Shown here one piece after another: positions 38,394 to 47,377 of a DNA stretch of 64,000 bases (position 1 is the stretch's first letter; every line of letters begins with the position of its first letter). Source of the DNA: an uncultured Actinomycetes bacterium. GTDB lineage: Bacteria; Actinomycetota; UBA4738; HRBIN12. Position numbers and translations under genes: made by a program. The stretch lies in the NCBI GenBank assembly GCA_963716935.1, contig CAVQUN010000006.1, positions 83,678 through 147,677 on the forward strand, given 5' to 3'. A model generated the notes under the pieces. It saw only the letters and a list, made by a program, of their open reading frames with translations. It was not told the origin of the DNA and did not search any database.

Positions 38394-38552
38394 CGTGGTT
38401 TCCGGGCGCGGGGCTCTCCGGCCGTCCAGGAGCAGGATCTCGGGCATGGTCCCTTCTTCGTCCGCCGAGGGATTCGCGGCGTGCCGCCTCGCGGATCGAT
38501 TCCCCGACGCTCGGATGCCGGCTCACCCGGGCGCCGACGCCCGGGTGCAGCA

Positions 38553-38969
38553 TCACCCGGACTCCGGCGCGGGATCGTCCACCTTCGAGAGCTCGGCGAG
38601 TCGCTCCTCGAGGCCGCGGATCCGCGCCCGCAACCGGGCGGTGGCCACGGCGCATCGGACGGCGCGGTCGAGCATCTCCCGGTTCGCCTCGCTCACCACG
38701 TCGGCGGCGCCGGCCCGGAGCAGCTCGTCGGCGGTCTCGGAACCCGCGACGGCGATCACCGGGACGTCCGGCGCGCGATCGACGATGGCGCGGACGGCGT
38801 CATCGCGGCCCTCGGGGAGGTCGCCGAAGACCACGACGGCGTCGACGCCACCGTCGGCCAGGCTCGCGAGGGCGCCGAGGAGGTCGTCGGCCCGTTCGGC
38901 CGCGAGCTCGAGCTCGGTCGCGCTCGGGCCCACCGCGAGGACGCGCATCGGGTCATCGTGCCGCCCCAC
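38553..38969 (-). CDS. Receiver-like single-domain protein lacking the N-terminal acidic pair
   Basis: MRVLAVGPSATELE..., VDAVVVFGDLP, VPVIAVAGS and a C-terminal helix RLRARIRGLEERLAEL. GTG 38969 sits 8 nt after a TACGCT hexamer (alternative ATG 38948). Confidence 0.5.
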   Translation of the reverse strand: MGRHDDPMRVLAVGPSATELELAAERADDLLGALASLADGGVDAVVVFGDLPEGRDDAVRAIVDRAPDVPVIAVAGSETADELLRAGAADVVSEANREMLDRAVRCAVATARLRARIRGLEERLAELSKVDDPAPESG

Positions 38970-38977
38970 GGTGTCGT

Positions 38978-38983
38978 AGCGTA
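38978..38983 (-). promoter_or_regulatory. -10-like hexamer TACGCT, candidate leaderless promoter
   Basis: On the minus strand, TACGCT lies 8 nt upstream of GTG 38969. Confidence 0.3.
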
Positions 38984-39023
38984 GTCGGCGGCCCGGGGCT
39001 GACCCCGCGCGCGCGAGCCCCGC

Positions 39024-40961
39024 TCAGCCCGCGGATCGGCGAACGGCCTCGAGCGAGGCCGGGTTCTCCAGGCTCGACAGGTCGCCGGGGTCCCGGCCGG
39101 TGACGGTGGCCCGGATCGCGCGCCGCAGGATCTTCGCCGAGCGCGTGCGGGGGAGCTCGGCCACGAACAGGACCCGAGCCGGGCGGAAGGCCTTGCCGAG
39201 GTGCCGCGCGACGAGCTCGCGGAGCTCCTCCCCGAGCTCGTCGGACGGGTCGATCCCCGGCCGCGCGACCACGAAGCACCAGATCGCCTCGCCCTTCACC
39301 TCGTCCGGGATCCCGACGGCCGCCGACTCCGCGACGCGGACGTCGAGCGTGAGGACGCTCTCGACCTCGGCCGGCCCCAGACGCTTGCCGGCCACGTTCA
39401 GCGTGTCGTCGCTGCGTCCGTGCAGGAACCAGAAGCCGTCCTCGTCGACGCTCGCCCAGTCGCCGTGCGTCCACACGCCGGGGAACCGGCGCCAGTACGT
39501 CTCCAGGTAGCGCTCGGGATCACCGCGGAGCCCGCGGGTCATGGCCGGCCAGGGCTTGCGGCAGACGAGCTCGCCGACCTCGCCCGGCGCAGCCTCGGTT
39601 CCGTCCGGTCGGTACACGGCGACGTCCATCCCGAGCGCCGGACCGCGGAGCGAGCAGGGCTTCAGCGGGCTGATCGGATGCGGCGACAGGAAGCACGCGC
39701 CCACCTCGGTGCCGCCGGACAGGTTGATGATCGGCAGCCGCGAGCGCCCGACCACCTCGAAGAACCAGCGATAGGGCTCCGGGTTCCAGGGCTCGCCGGT
39801 CGAGGCGAGGATCCGAAGCGACGACAGATCGTGCGAGCGGACGGCGTCCTCGCCGGCGGGGATCAGCGCGCGCACGAGCGTGGGGGAGACCCCGAGATGC
39901 GTGATCCGGTGTCGCTCGACGAGCGACCAGAGCCGGTCCGGGCCGGGATGGTTCGGGGCGCCGTCGTAAAGGAAGACGGTCGCGCCGAGGGCCGTCGCCC
40001 CGACGACCTCCCACGGACCCATGATCCAGCCGAGGTCGGCGAACCAGAACAGGCGCTCGCCGCGCCGGAGGTCGACCTGGTAGGCGACCTCCTCCGCGAT
40101 CTTGACGAGGAACCCGCCGTGCACGTGCACCGCGCCCTTGGGCCGTCCCGTCGTGCCGCTCGTGTACGCGACGAACAGCGGGTGCTCGGGATCGAGCCGG
40201 CGAGTCTCGAACCCGCCCGCGTGCTCCTGCACGACCGCGTCCCACGCGACGTCGCGTGTGGGGTCGGCCGGCGCGTCGTCGCGGCCGAGTCGCGAGACGA
40301 CGATCACGTGCCGCACGGTGGGCGCGAGGGCCACCGCCTCGTCGGCGACCTCCTTCATCGCGACGAGCCGGCCTCGTCGCGGGAAGCCGTCGGCCGTGAC
40401 GAGCACCTTCGCGCCCGCGTCGGCCAGGCGCGCGGCGACCGCGTCGGCACCGAAGCCGCTGAAGATCGGCAGCCAGACGGCGCCGAGCTTCGAGCAGGCC
40501 ATCACCGCCACGACCGCCTCGGGACACATCGGCAGGAAGATGCCGACCGCGTCGCCCCGGTCCACGCCGAGCGTGAGCAGCCCGTTCGCGAGCGCGTCGG
40601 CGCGCTCGCGGAGCTCACGGTAGGTGAGGGTGCGCACCCCGCCCTCCTCGCCCTCCCAGACGACGGCGAGGGCGTCCGGCGTCGTCTCGGCCCAGCGGTC
40701 CACACAGTTGTGGGCGAGGTTGACCGATCCGCCGACGAACCACGTCGCCCACTCGATGCCCCGCGATGTGTCGAGCACGCGCTCGTAGGGCGCGAAGAAC
40801 TCGAGCGCGAGATCCCGCACCACGGCGTCCCAGAACCATTCGACGTCGCCGGTCGAGCGCCGGATCAGCTCGTCCTCGGACTCGATCCCGTGCGCCCGCA
40901 TCAGGCGGCTGACGTTCGCGCGATCCACGAGGTCCTGCGGAGGTCTCCACACGATCGTCAC
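39024..40961 (-). CDS. AMP-forming acetyl/acyl-CoA synthetase (Acs family)
   Basis: 645 aa. AMP-binding motifs YTSGTTGRPKG, GEPWNPE and DDTLNVAGKRLGPAEVE, plus the catalytic/acetylatable Lys block LPRTRSAKILRR. GGAGG SD 6 nt upstream of the GTG. Confidence 0.85.
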   Translation of the reverse strand: MTIVWRPPQDLVDRANVSRLMRAHGIESEDELIRRSTGDVEWFWDAVVRDLALEFFAPYERVLDTSRGIEWATWFVGGSVNLAHNCVDRWAETTPDALAVVWEGEEGGVRTLTYRELRERADALANGLLTLGVDRGDAVGIFLPMCPEAVVAVMACSKLGAVWLPIFSGFGADAVAARLADAGAKVLVTADGFPRRGRLVAMKEVADEAVALAPTVRHVIVVSRLGRDDAPADPTRDVAWDAVVQEHAGGFETRRLDPEHPLFVAYTSGTTGRPKGAVHVHGGFLVKIAEEVAYQVDLRRGERLFWFADLGWIMGPWEVVGATALGATVFLYDGAPNHPGPDRLWSLVERHRITHLGVSPTLVRALIPAGEDAVRSHDLSSLRILASTGEPWNPEPYRWFFEVVGRSRLPIINLSGGTEVGACFLSPHPISPLKPCSLRGPALGMDVAVYRPDGTEAAPGEVGELVCRKPWPAMTRGLRGDPERYLETYWRRFPGVWTHGDWASVDEDGFWFLHGRSDDTLNVAGKRLGPAEVESVLTLDVRVAESAAVGIPDEVKGEAIWCFVVARPGIDPSDELGEELRELVARHLGKAFRPARVLFVAELPRTRSAKILRRAIRATVTGRDPGDLSSLENPASLEAVRRSAG

Positions 40962-41017
40962 GGGCGCCTCCGCATCGGGCGAGGAGCTTGCCGGGTACGC
41001 TTCGACGTCGAAAGCCT

Positions 41018-42433
41018 ATGTCCGAAGGTCCTTCCACGCCCGCCCCCGGCGGGCACCCGCATCTGCGCCGAGCGTTCCTCGGCATCTCGGCATCGGTCGC
41101 CGCGCTGGTCATGGTGGCGTCGGCCGTCGGGATGGGCTCCTACTTCTGGGTGTCGTCGCAGCGACAGACGATCAGGGGCGGGACGCTCGACGTGGGCGAG
41201 CCGGGCGCGTCGCCGCAGGTGGACATCGCCGGCCGGTGCGACACGCACGTGTGCAACTACCTCCTGCTCGGCAGCGACTCCCGTCAGGGGCTCACGAGGC
41301 AGGAACAGGAGCACTTCGGCACGGACGCCGACATCGGGGGGGAGAACCGGTCCGACACGATCATCCTCGTCCACACCGACCCCGACCAGGGCAAGGCCAT
41401 CTTCCTGTCGTTCCCTCGGGACCTCTGGGTGGACATCCCCGGCATGGGGATGGGCAAGATCAACTCCGCCTTCGAGGGCGGCATCAAGGGCAGCGGGGCG
41501 CTGCGCGTCGCCCGGACGGTCCGCGAGCTGACCGGCATGCCGATCCACCACGTGATGTACGTGTCGCTCGCCGGGTTCCAGGGCCTGGTCGACGCGCTCG
41601 GCGGCGTCGACATGTGCGTGCCGTACGCGATGCAGGACGAGCTCACCGGCCTCGACATCCCGGCGGGCTGCCAGCACTTCGACGGCGCGACCGCCCTCGC
41701 GTACGTTCGCACGCGCCACCAGCCGTGCGACACCATCCCCGACTTCGCGCGAATCAGCCGTCAGCAGCAGTTCCTTCGCGCCGTCATCGCCAAGCTGCTG
41801 TCGCCGAGCGAGCTGGTGCGGCTGCCCGATCTCGTGCCCGAGCTCCTCGGCAACCTCGTCGTCGACGAGGGGCTGAACCCGGCCGAGCTCGTCTATCTCG
41901 CCGGTCAGCTCCAGGGCGTCGGGACCGAGAACGCCGATTTCCGCGCGGTGCCGACGCTCCCGGCCGGCATCTACGACAGCGGCGGCACCTTCCTTTCCAT
42001 CGTGAAGATGATCCAGCCCGATGCCGACGAGCTTTTCCGGCGGATTCGCGAGGGCAAACCCCTCGGCGACCTCGGATCCGAGCTCGCCTCCACCGCCCCC
42101 TCGCCGGCGACGATCGTCGTCTCGGTCGTCGATCGCAGCGCGGGCACGACCGCCGACGACGTGCTGCAGGTCCTCACCGAGGGGGGGTTCAACACCTCGC
42201 CCGGCATCCTCGACGCCTCCGCGGTCGAGCCGCCATCCTCCGGGCCGATGATCCTGTACCGGGAGGGCGAGGAGGCGATGGCCAAGGTCGTCGGGTCATA
42301 CTTCCCGAACATGGAGCTCGTGCCCGCCCCGCGCGGAGCGCTGCCGAAGGGTCAGGACGTCGCGGTCGTCGTGACGGGGCGGTACCACCTGCCCGAGCCG
42401 CAGCAGGGGACGCAGGTGGAGTGCACGACGTGA
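41018..42433 (+). CDS. LytR-CpsA-Psr (LCP) family glycopolymer ligase with a LytR_C-like C-terminal domain
   Basis: One TM helix, then YLLLGSDSR...RSDTIILVH...SFPRDLWVDIPG...KINSAF and ALAYVRTRH. The start is ATG 41018 or TTG 40988. Confidence 0.8.
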   Translation: MSEGPSTPAPGGHPHLRRAFLGISASVAALVMVASAVGMGSYFWVSSQRQTIRGGTLDVGEPGASPQVDIAGRCDTHVCNYLLLGSDSRQGLTRQEQEHFGTDADIGGENRSDTIILVHTDPDQGKAIFLSFPRDLWVDIPGMGMGKINSAFEGGIKGSGALRVARTVRELTGMPIHHVMYVSLAGFQGLVDALGGVDMCVPYAMQDELTGLDIPAGCQHFDGATALAYVRTRHQPCDTIPDFARISRQQQFLRAVIAKLLSPSELVRLPDLVPELLGNLVVDEGLNPAELVYLAGQLQGVGTENADFRAVPTLPAGIYDSGGTFLSIVKMIQPDADELFRRIREGKPLGDLGSELASTAPSPATIVVSVVDRSAGTTADDVLQVLTEGGFNTSPGILDASAVEPPSSGPMILYREGEEAMAKVVGSYFPNMELVPAPRGALPKGQDVAVVVTGRYHLPEPQQGTQVECTT

Positions 42434-43488
42434 GGGCGCTCGTCCTTTCGGGCGGCGAGGGCTCGCGGCTGCGACCGCTCACGCACACGAGCGCGAAACA
42501 GCTCATCCCGGTGGCGAACACGCCCATCCTGTTCCACGTGCTCTCCGCGATCGCCGATGCGGGGATCTCGGAGGTCGGCCTCGTGGTCGGTCAGACCGCC
42601 GACGAGGTGCGGGCCGCGGTCGGCGACGGCTCCGCATGGGGGCTTCGGATCACCTACATCCCGCAGGAGGCGCCGCTCGGGCTGGCGCACGCGGTGCTCA
42701 CCGCGGCCGACTTCGTGCGCGGCGAGCCGTTCGTGATGTACCTCGGCGACAACGTCCTGCTGGGCGGGATCCGCCGGTTCGTCGAGGAGTTCGAGCGCCA
42801 CCGGCCCGACGCGCAGATCTTCCTCGCGCGGGTTCCCGAGCCCGAGCACTTCGGGGTCGCCGTGCTCGAGGGCGACCGGGTGGTCCGCCTCGTCGAGAAG
42901 CCGAAGGAGTTCCTGTCCGACCTCGCGCTCGTCGGCGTGTACCTGTTCGACGATTCGATCCTCGAGGCCGCCGCGACGCTTCGCCCGTCGTGGCGCAACG
43001 AGCTCGAGATCACCGAGGCGATCCAGTGGCTCATCGACCAGGGTCGGACGGTGCGAGCGGAGATGGTGACGGGTTACTGGAAGGACACGGGGCGTCCGGA
43101 GGACCTGCTCGAGGCGAATCGGATGCTGCTGTCGACGCTCGAGCCGCGGGTGCTCGGAGAGGTCGACCCCGAGTCGGTCCTGGAGGGTCTCGTGGTCGTC
43201 GAGGCCGGCGCGAAGGTCGTGCGTTCCCGGGTCGTGGGTCCCGCGATCGTCGGCGAGGGAACGCTCGTCGAGGACGCGACGATCGGGCCTAACGTCGCCC
43301 TGTCGTCCGGGTGCCGGGTGGTCGCGAGCGAGATCGCGGACTCGATCGTGATGGAGGGATCGCGGATCGAGGGCGTCCGGACCCTGCGAGACTCGATCCT
43401 CGGCCGCAACGCGGACGTCCGGCACTCGGGGACGCGCGGGGAGAAGCGGCTGGTGGTCGGCGACCAGAGTCGCGTCGAGATCGACTGA
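42430..43488 (+). CDS. rmlA: Glucose-1-phosphate thymidylyltransferase, long form (N-terminal NTP-transferase plus left-handed beta-helix)
   Basis: GTG 42430 overlaps the LCP stop (GTGA). RALVLSGGEGSRLRPLTHTSAKQLIPVAN, GLAHAV and EKPKEF, followed by hexapeptide-repeat-like C-terminal sequence. Confidence 0.75.
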   Translation: MRALVLSGGEGSRLRPLTHTSAKQLIPVANTPILFHVLSAIADAGISEVGLVVGQTADEVRAAVGDGSAWGLRITYIPQEAPLGLAHAVLTAADFVRGEPFVMYLGDNVLLGGIRRFVEEFERHRPDAQIFLARVPEPEHFGVAVLEGDRVVRLVEKPKEFLSDLALVGVYLFDDSILEAAATLRPSWRNELEITEAIQWLIDQGRTVRAEMVTGYWKDTGRPEDLLEANRMLLSTLEPRVLGEVDPESVLEGLVVVEAGAKVVRSRVVGPAIVGEGTLVEDATIGPNVALSSGCRVVASEIADSIVMEGSRIEGVRTLRDSILGRNADVRHSGTRGEKRLVVGDQSRVEID

Positions 43489-43493
43489 GCGAC

Positions 43494-44645
43494 GTGCGCA
43501 TCGCCATCGACGCGCGTCCGGCGCTCGACCCGCACCGGACGGGCGTCGGTCACTACGCGCGCGAGATCGTGCGACACCTGCCCGCCGCGGATCCGTTGCC
43601 CGAGTACGTCGCGTGGTACCTGCACGCCAGGGGCGTGCTGCGACGGCCGAGGTTCTTCGACGGCGTCGCGTCGAATCTCACCGAGCACGCGAGCCGGTTC
43701 CCGGCGCGGGTGTTCCAGCCGGTGTCGTGGCGGCTCGGCGTTCCGAGGCTGGAGTGGCTCGGCGTCGACGCGGACGCCCTGCTCGCGACGAACTTCGTTC
43801 CGCCCCCGACGAGGTGCCGGGGAGTCGTCCTCGTGGTCCACGATCTCGCCTACGAGCGCTACCCGGAGACGGCGCCGCAGATGGACGCGCGCTGGCGCCG
43901 CGTCTTCCGCCGGTGGATCCGCCGCGCCGCGGGCGTGATCGTCCCCTCCGAGAGCGTGCGTCGCGACCTGCTCGAGCGGCACCCCGAGGCCGATCCGGCG
44001 CGGGTCCACGCGATCCCGCACGGGGTCGACCCGTTCGTCCGGCCGCCGGCCTCCGAGGTCGAGCGGGTTCGGGAGGCGTTTCGGATCGGCGGCCCCTACG
44101 CGTTGTTCGTCGGGGGCATCGAGCCGCGGAAGAACCTGCGCGGGCTGCTCGAGGCGTTTCGGCTCTCGGAGTCGGCCGCCTGGCTCGTCGTCGCCGGCGG
44201 GCGCACGAACTGGATCCCGCATGAGGTGGATCGCCTGCGTGCCGCCGTGGCCGCCCTCCCGGCCGAGGTTCGGGTGCGGGTCGTCCTGACCGGCTACGTC
44301 AGCGAGGCCGACAAGCGGGCGCTCCTTGCCGGCGCCGACGTCCTCGCCTATCCCTCGCTGTACGAGGGCTTCGGGTTCCCCGTGCTCGAGGGGTTCGCCG
44401 CGGGGGTGCCGGTCCTCACGTCGGACGCATCCTCCCTTCCGGAGGTCGCCGGGAGTGCGGCGCTACTCGTCGACCCGCATCGCCCGGCGGAGATCGCGGC
44501 CGCTCTCGACCGCCTGCTCCGCGACGACGGGCTTCGGGAAGGGCTTCGCCGTGCCGGGAGCGAGCGCGTGCGCTCCTTCACTTGGGAGGCCACCGCCGTG
44601 CGAACGGCGGAGGTGCTGAAGGCCGCGGGGTCGGGCGCGCGCTGA
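43494..44645 (+). CDS. Glycosyltransferase family 4
   Basis: GTG 43494. The C-terminal GT-B motif is YEGFGFPVLEGFAAGVPVLTSDASSLPEVAG (E-x7-E). Confidence 0.8.
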   Translation: MRIAIDARPALDPHRTGVGHYAREIVRHLPAADPLPEYVAWYLHARGVLRRPRFFDGVASNLTEHASRFPARVFQPVSWRLGVPRLEWLGVDADALLATNFVPPPTRCRGVVLVVHDLAYERYPETAPQMDARWRRVFRRWIRRAAGVIVPSESVRRDLLERHPEADPARVHAIPHGVDPFVRPPASEVERVREAFRIGGPYALFVGGIEPRKNLRGLLEAFRLSESAAWLVVAGGRTNWIPHEVDRLRAAVAALPAEVRVRVVLTGYVSEADKRALLAGADVLAYPSLYEGFGFPVLEGFAAGVPVLTSDASSLPEVAGSAALLVDPHRPAEIAAALDRLLRDDGLREGLRRAGSERVRSFTWEATAVRTAEVLKAAGSGAR

Positions 44646-44708
44646 TCGACCGGGGCGGAGCGCTCGCCGATCGACCGACGTCGGCGCCCGGGTAGACTCG
44701 GGCGCACC

Positions 44709-45686
44709 ATGGCCGAGCGCCGCGAACGCCTGCTCGTCACGGGCGGGGCGGGCTTCATCGGTTCCCACCTCGTCGACCTTCTGCTCGAGCGGCCGAACAC
44801 CGACGTGACCGTGCTCGACAAGCTCACGTACGCGGGGACGCGGGGACACCTCGACCATCACGAGCCCGACCCGCGCTTTCGCTTCGTCCTCGGCGACGTG
44901 GCGCAGCCGGAGGACGTCGCCCCGCTGGTGGAGTGGTCCGACGCGGTGATCCACGCCGCCGCCGAGTCGTTCGTCGACCGCAGCATCCAACGCTCGCGCG
45001 ACTTCGTGCTCTCCAACGTTCTGGGGACCCAGGTCGTGCTCGAGGCCTGCCGCGAGCTCGATCGGCGCCTCCTTTTCGTCTCGACGGACGAGGTGTACGG
45101 CTCGCGCGAGGGGGAGCCCTTCGCCGAGGACGCGCCCCTGCTCCCGCGCAATCCGTACTCGGCCAGCAAGGCCGGCGCCGAGCTCCTGTGCCGGTCCTAC
45201 GTCGTGACCTACGGGATGCCGGTCACGATCGTGCGCGGCACGAACGCGTTCGGCCCGCGGCAGCATCCGGAGAAGGCGATTCCCACCTGGGTCACGGCCG
45301 CGCTGCAGGGTCGCCCGGTCCCGGTGTACGGAGATGGCCAGCACCGCCGCGAGTGGCTGTACGTTCGCGACTTCGCGCGCGCGATCGGCGTCGTGCACGA
45401 TCACGGCGAGCCCGGTTCCGTCTACAACATCGGCGGCGGGACGGAGATGACCAACCTCGAGCTCGCGAGGCGCATCTGCTCCTACCTCGGGGTGGACGAG
45501 TCGTCGATCGCCTTCGTCCCCGATCGGCCCGGACACGATCGCGCGTACGGCCTGTCGTGGGATCGGCTCGGGGCGCTCGGGTGGCGCCCCGCGACGCCGT
45601 TCTCCGACGGGCTCGCGATCACGCTCGCCTGGTACCGAGACCACCAGGACTGGGTCGGCGACGTGCTCGAGGGCGCTTCCGCGTGA
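44709..45686 (+). CDS. rmlB: dTDP-glucose 4,6-dehydratase
   Basis: 325 aa with LLVTGGAGFIGSH, STDEVYG, YSASKAG and RGTNAFGPRQHPEK. Confidence 0.9.
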   Translation: MAERRERLLVTGGAGFIGSHLVDLLLERPNTDVTVLDKLTYAGTRGHLDHHEPDPRFRFVLGDVAQPEDVAPLVEWSDAVIHAAAESFVDRSIQRSRDFVLSNVLGTQVVLEACRELDRRLLFVSTDEVYGSREGEPFAEDAPLLPRNPYSASKAGAELLCRSYVVTYGMPVTIVRGTNAFGPRQHPEKAIPTWVTAALQGRPVPVYGDGQHRREWLYVRDFARAIGVVHDHGEPGSVYNIGGGTEMTNLELARRICSYLGVDESSIAFVPDRPGHDRAYGLSWDRLGALGWRPATPFSDGLAITLAWYRDHQDWVGDVLEGASA

Positions 45687-45708
45687 GGATGGGCGCGGGA
45701 GGGTTCGC

Positions 45709-46542
45709 GTGAGGATCGTCGTGACCGGGGCCGGGGGCGGCCTCGGGCGCGCGTTCGTCGCGGCGTGCCCGTCCCATCACGACGTGGTTCCGCTCGCGCA
45801 CACGGATCTGGACGTCGGCGATCACCACGCGGTGCTGCGAACGATCGTTCCCCTCGCGCCCGAGCTCGTCGTGAACGCCGCGGCCTTCACCAAGGTCGAT
45901 GCGTGCGAATCGGAACCCGAGCGCGCCCTTCGCGCCAACGCCGTTGGGCCGCAGTCGCTCGCGCTCGCCGCGCGCGCGTGCGGCGCCGTCCTGCTCCACG
46001 TCTCCACGGACTACGTGTTCGACGGCGAGAAAGGCTCCGCCTACGACGAGCTCGACGAGCCGAACCCGCTGAGCGTCTACGCGCGGACCAAGCTCGCGGG
46101 CGAGCGCCACGTGCGCTCCCTGGCTCCGGAGTCGTTCCTCGTGCGAACGGGCTACGTGTTCGGCGGCGGCGGCGACTACCTCATGGGGGCGCTGCGCCGA
46201 CTCTCGGCGGGCGAGGACGCCGGCGGGCTGACGGATCGAATCGGCACACCCACCTACGTCGTGCACCTCGCGGAGCGGTTGCTGCCCCTGGCCCTGACCC
46301 ACCGGTTCGGCACGTATCACCTCGCCGGCCCCGAGGCGACGACGTGGTTCGACGCGCTCGCTCGGGCGGTCGCGATCGGCGGGCTCGCGGGCGCGCCTCG
46401 TGAGCAGCGAGCGGAGGAGCTCGGGCTCCCTGCGCCACGACCGCGCAACAGCGCCCTCACGAGCGCCTACCTACCGCACCTGGACGTCCCCGCGTTCCCG
46501 CCGTTGGACGCCGCGATCGGCGCCGTGATCGCGTCGCTCTAG
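45709..46542 (+). CDS. rmlD: dTDP-4-dehydrorhamnose reductase
   Basis: 277 aa with RIVVTGAGGGLG, VNAAAFTKVDACE, STDYVFDG and YARTKLAGE. GGGAGGG SD upstream of the GTG. Confidence 0.85.
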   Translation: MRIVVTGAGGGLGRAFVAACPSHHDVVPLAHTDLDVGDHHAVLRTIVPLAPELVVNAAAFTKVDACESEPERALRANAVGPQSLALAARACGAVLLHVSTDYVFDGEKGSAYDELDEPNPLSVYARTKLAGERHVRSLAPESFLVRTGYVFGGGGDYLMGALRRLSAGEDAGGLTDRIGTPTYVVHLAERLLPLALTHRFGTYHLAGPEATTWFDALARAVAIGGLAGAPREQRAEELGLPAPRPRNSALTSAYLPHLDVPAFPPLDAAIGAVIASL

Positions 46543-47312
46543 CCGGTCTTGCGGGCCTTCCACGCCTCGACGCTCGGCCATCGTCGCGCCCACTCCCAGG
46601 GCACGTCGTCGTCGGGGACCGAGACCGGATCCTTCGGTGCGGGGATCTCGACCAGGTCCTCGATCTCGAACCCACAGGAGCGCAGCAGCCGGATCATGTC
46701 GCCGTGCCCGAGGTGGAACTCGATGCCGTCGACGGCGCCGTGCTCGTCGTGCCACTCGAAGCGGTGCATGCCGAAGTAGTCGCGGTGCAGCGTCGTGTCG
46801 GCGGGGGCGAGGTCGTCGTCGGTGGGATAGCACAGAATCACGAGCGGCGTGCCGGCGATGAAGAGCAGCTGCCCACCCGGCCGAAGGAGGCGAGCCGCCT
46901 CGGGGATCCACGCATAGGGATCGCACCAGATCGCGGCGCCGTACTCGGAGATCGCGAAGTCGAAGCTCCCGTCGGGGAACGGCGCCCGTTCCGCGTCGGC
47001 GTGGACGAGCGGAAAGCGGATCCCGAACTCGTCCTGCAACATCCGGGCGGTGGCGAGCTGGCGCGAGGAGTTGTCGAGCCCGACGGCTCGCGCCCCGCGG
47101 CGCGCGAGCCACGAGCAGATGTACGCGGTCCCGCAGCCGAGCTCGACGGCGTCGAGCCCGTCGACGTCGGGGAGCAGGCCGAGCTCGGACTCCGGCACCC
47201 CCCAGATGCCCCAGTCGGGCTCGCCGCCCCAGGACCGGCGCCCGCGCTCCACCCAGTTGTCCGCGTCGGCATCCCATCCGGCGCGGTTCACCAGCACGTG
47301 GTCGAGGCTCAC
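46539..47312 (-). CDS. Class I SAM-dependent methyltransferase
   Basis: 257 aa with motif I AVELGCGTAY, post-I GLDNS, and LRPGGQLLF. Confidence 0.8.
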   Translation of the reverse strand: MSLDHVLVNRAGWDADADNWVERGRRSWGGEPDWGIWGVPESELGLLPDVDGLDAVELGCGTAYICSWLARRGARAVGLDNSSRQLATARMLQDEFGIRFPLVHADAERAPFPDGSFDFAISEYGAAIWCDPYAWIPEAARLLRPGGQLLFIAGTPLVILCYPTDDDLAPADTTLHRDYFGMHRFEWHDEHGAVDGIEFHLGHGDMIRLLRSCGFEIEDLVEIPAPKDPVSVPDDDVPWEWARRWPSVEAWKARKTG

Positions 47313-47318
47313 GCGTGC

Positions 47319-47324
47319 ACGATA
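47319..47324 (-). promoter_or_regulatory. -10-like hexamer TATCGT, candidate leaderless promoter of the methyltransferase gene
   Basis: On the minus strand, TATCGT lies 6 nt upstream of GTG 47312. Confidence 0.35.
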
Positions 47325-47377
47325 GCCGCACGGATTGCGGTTCTGTGTCGTAGGCCGGGGGGTCCGAGGGGCGATGC

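Noticed and set aside
38472-38498. Possible autoregulated ECF-type promoter (minus strand CGATCC-15 nt-GCGAAT) upstream of the sigma gene
   Set aside because: The resemblance to a SigK-type consensus rests only on uncertain memory. No second copy is available in the window to support a motif.
44684-44705. 7-bp hairpin GCGCCCG-8 nt-CGGGCGC just upstream of the rmlB ATG, with TAGACT in its loop
   Set aside because: The stem is short for this GC content and is likely fortuitous. The TAGACT hexamer sits 10 nt from the ATG, which does not fit the leaderless geometry seen elsewhere.
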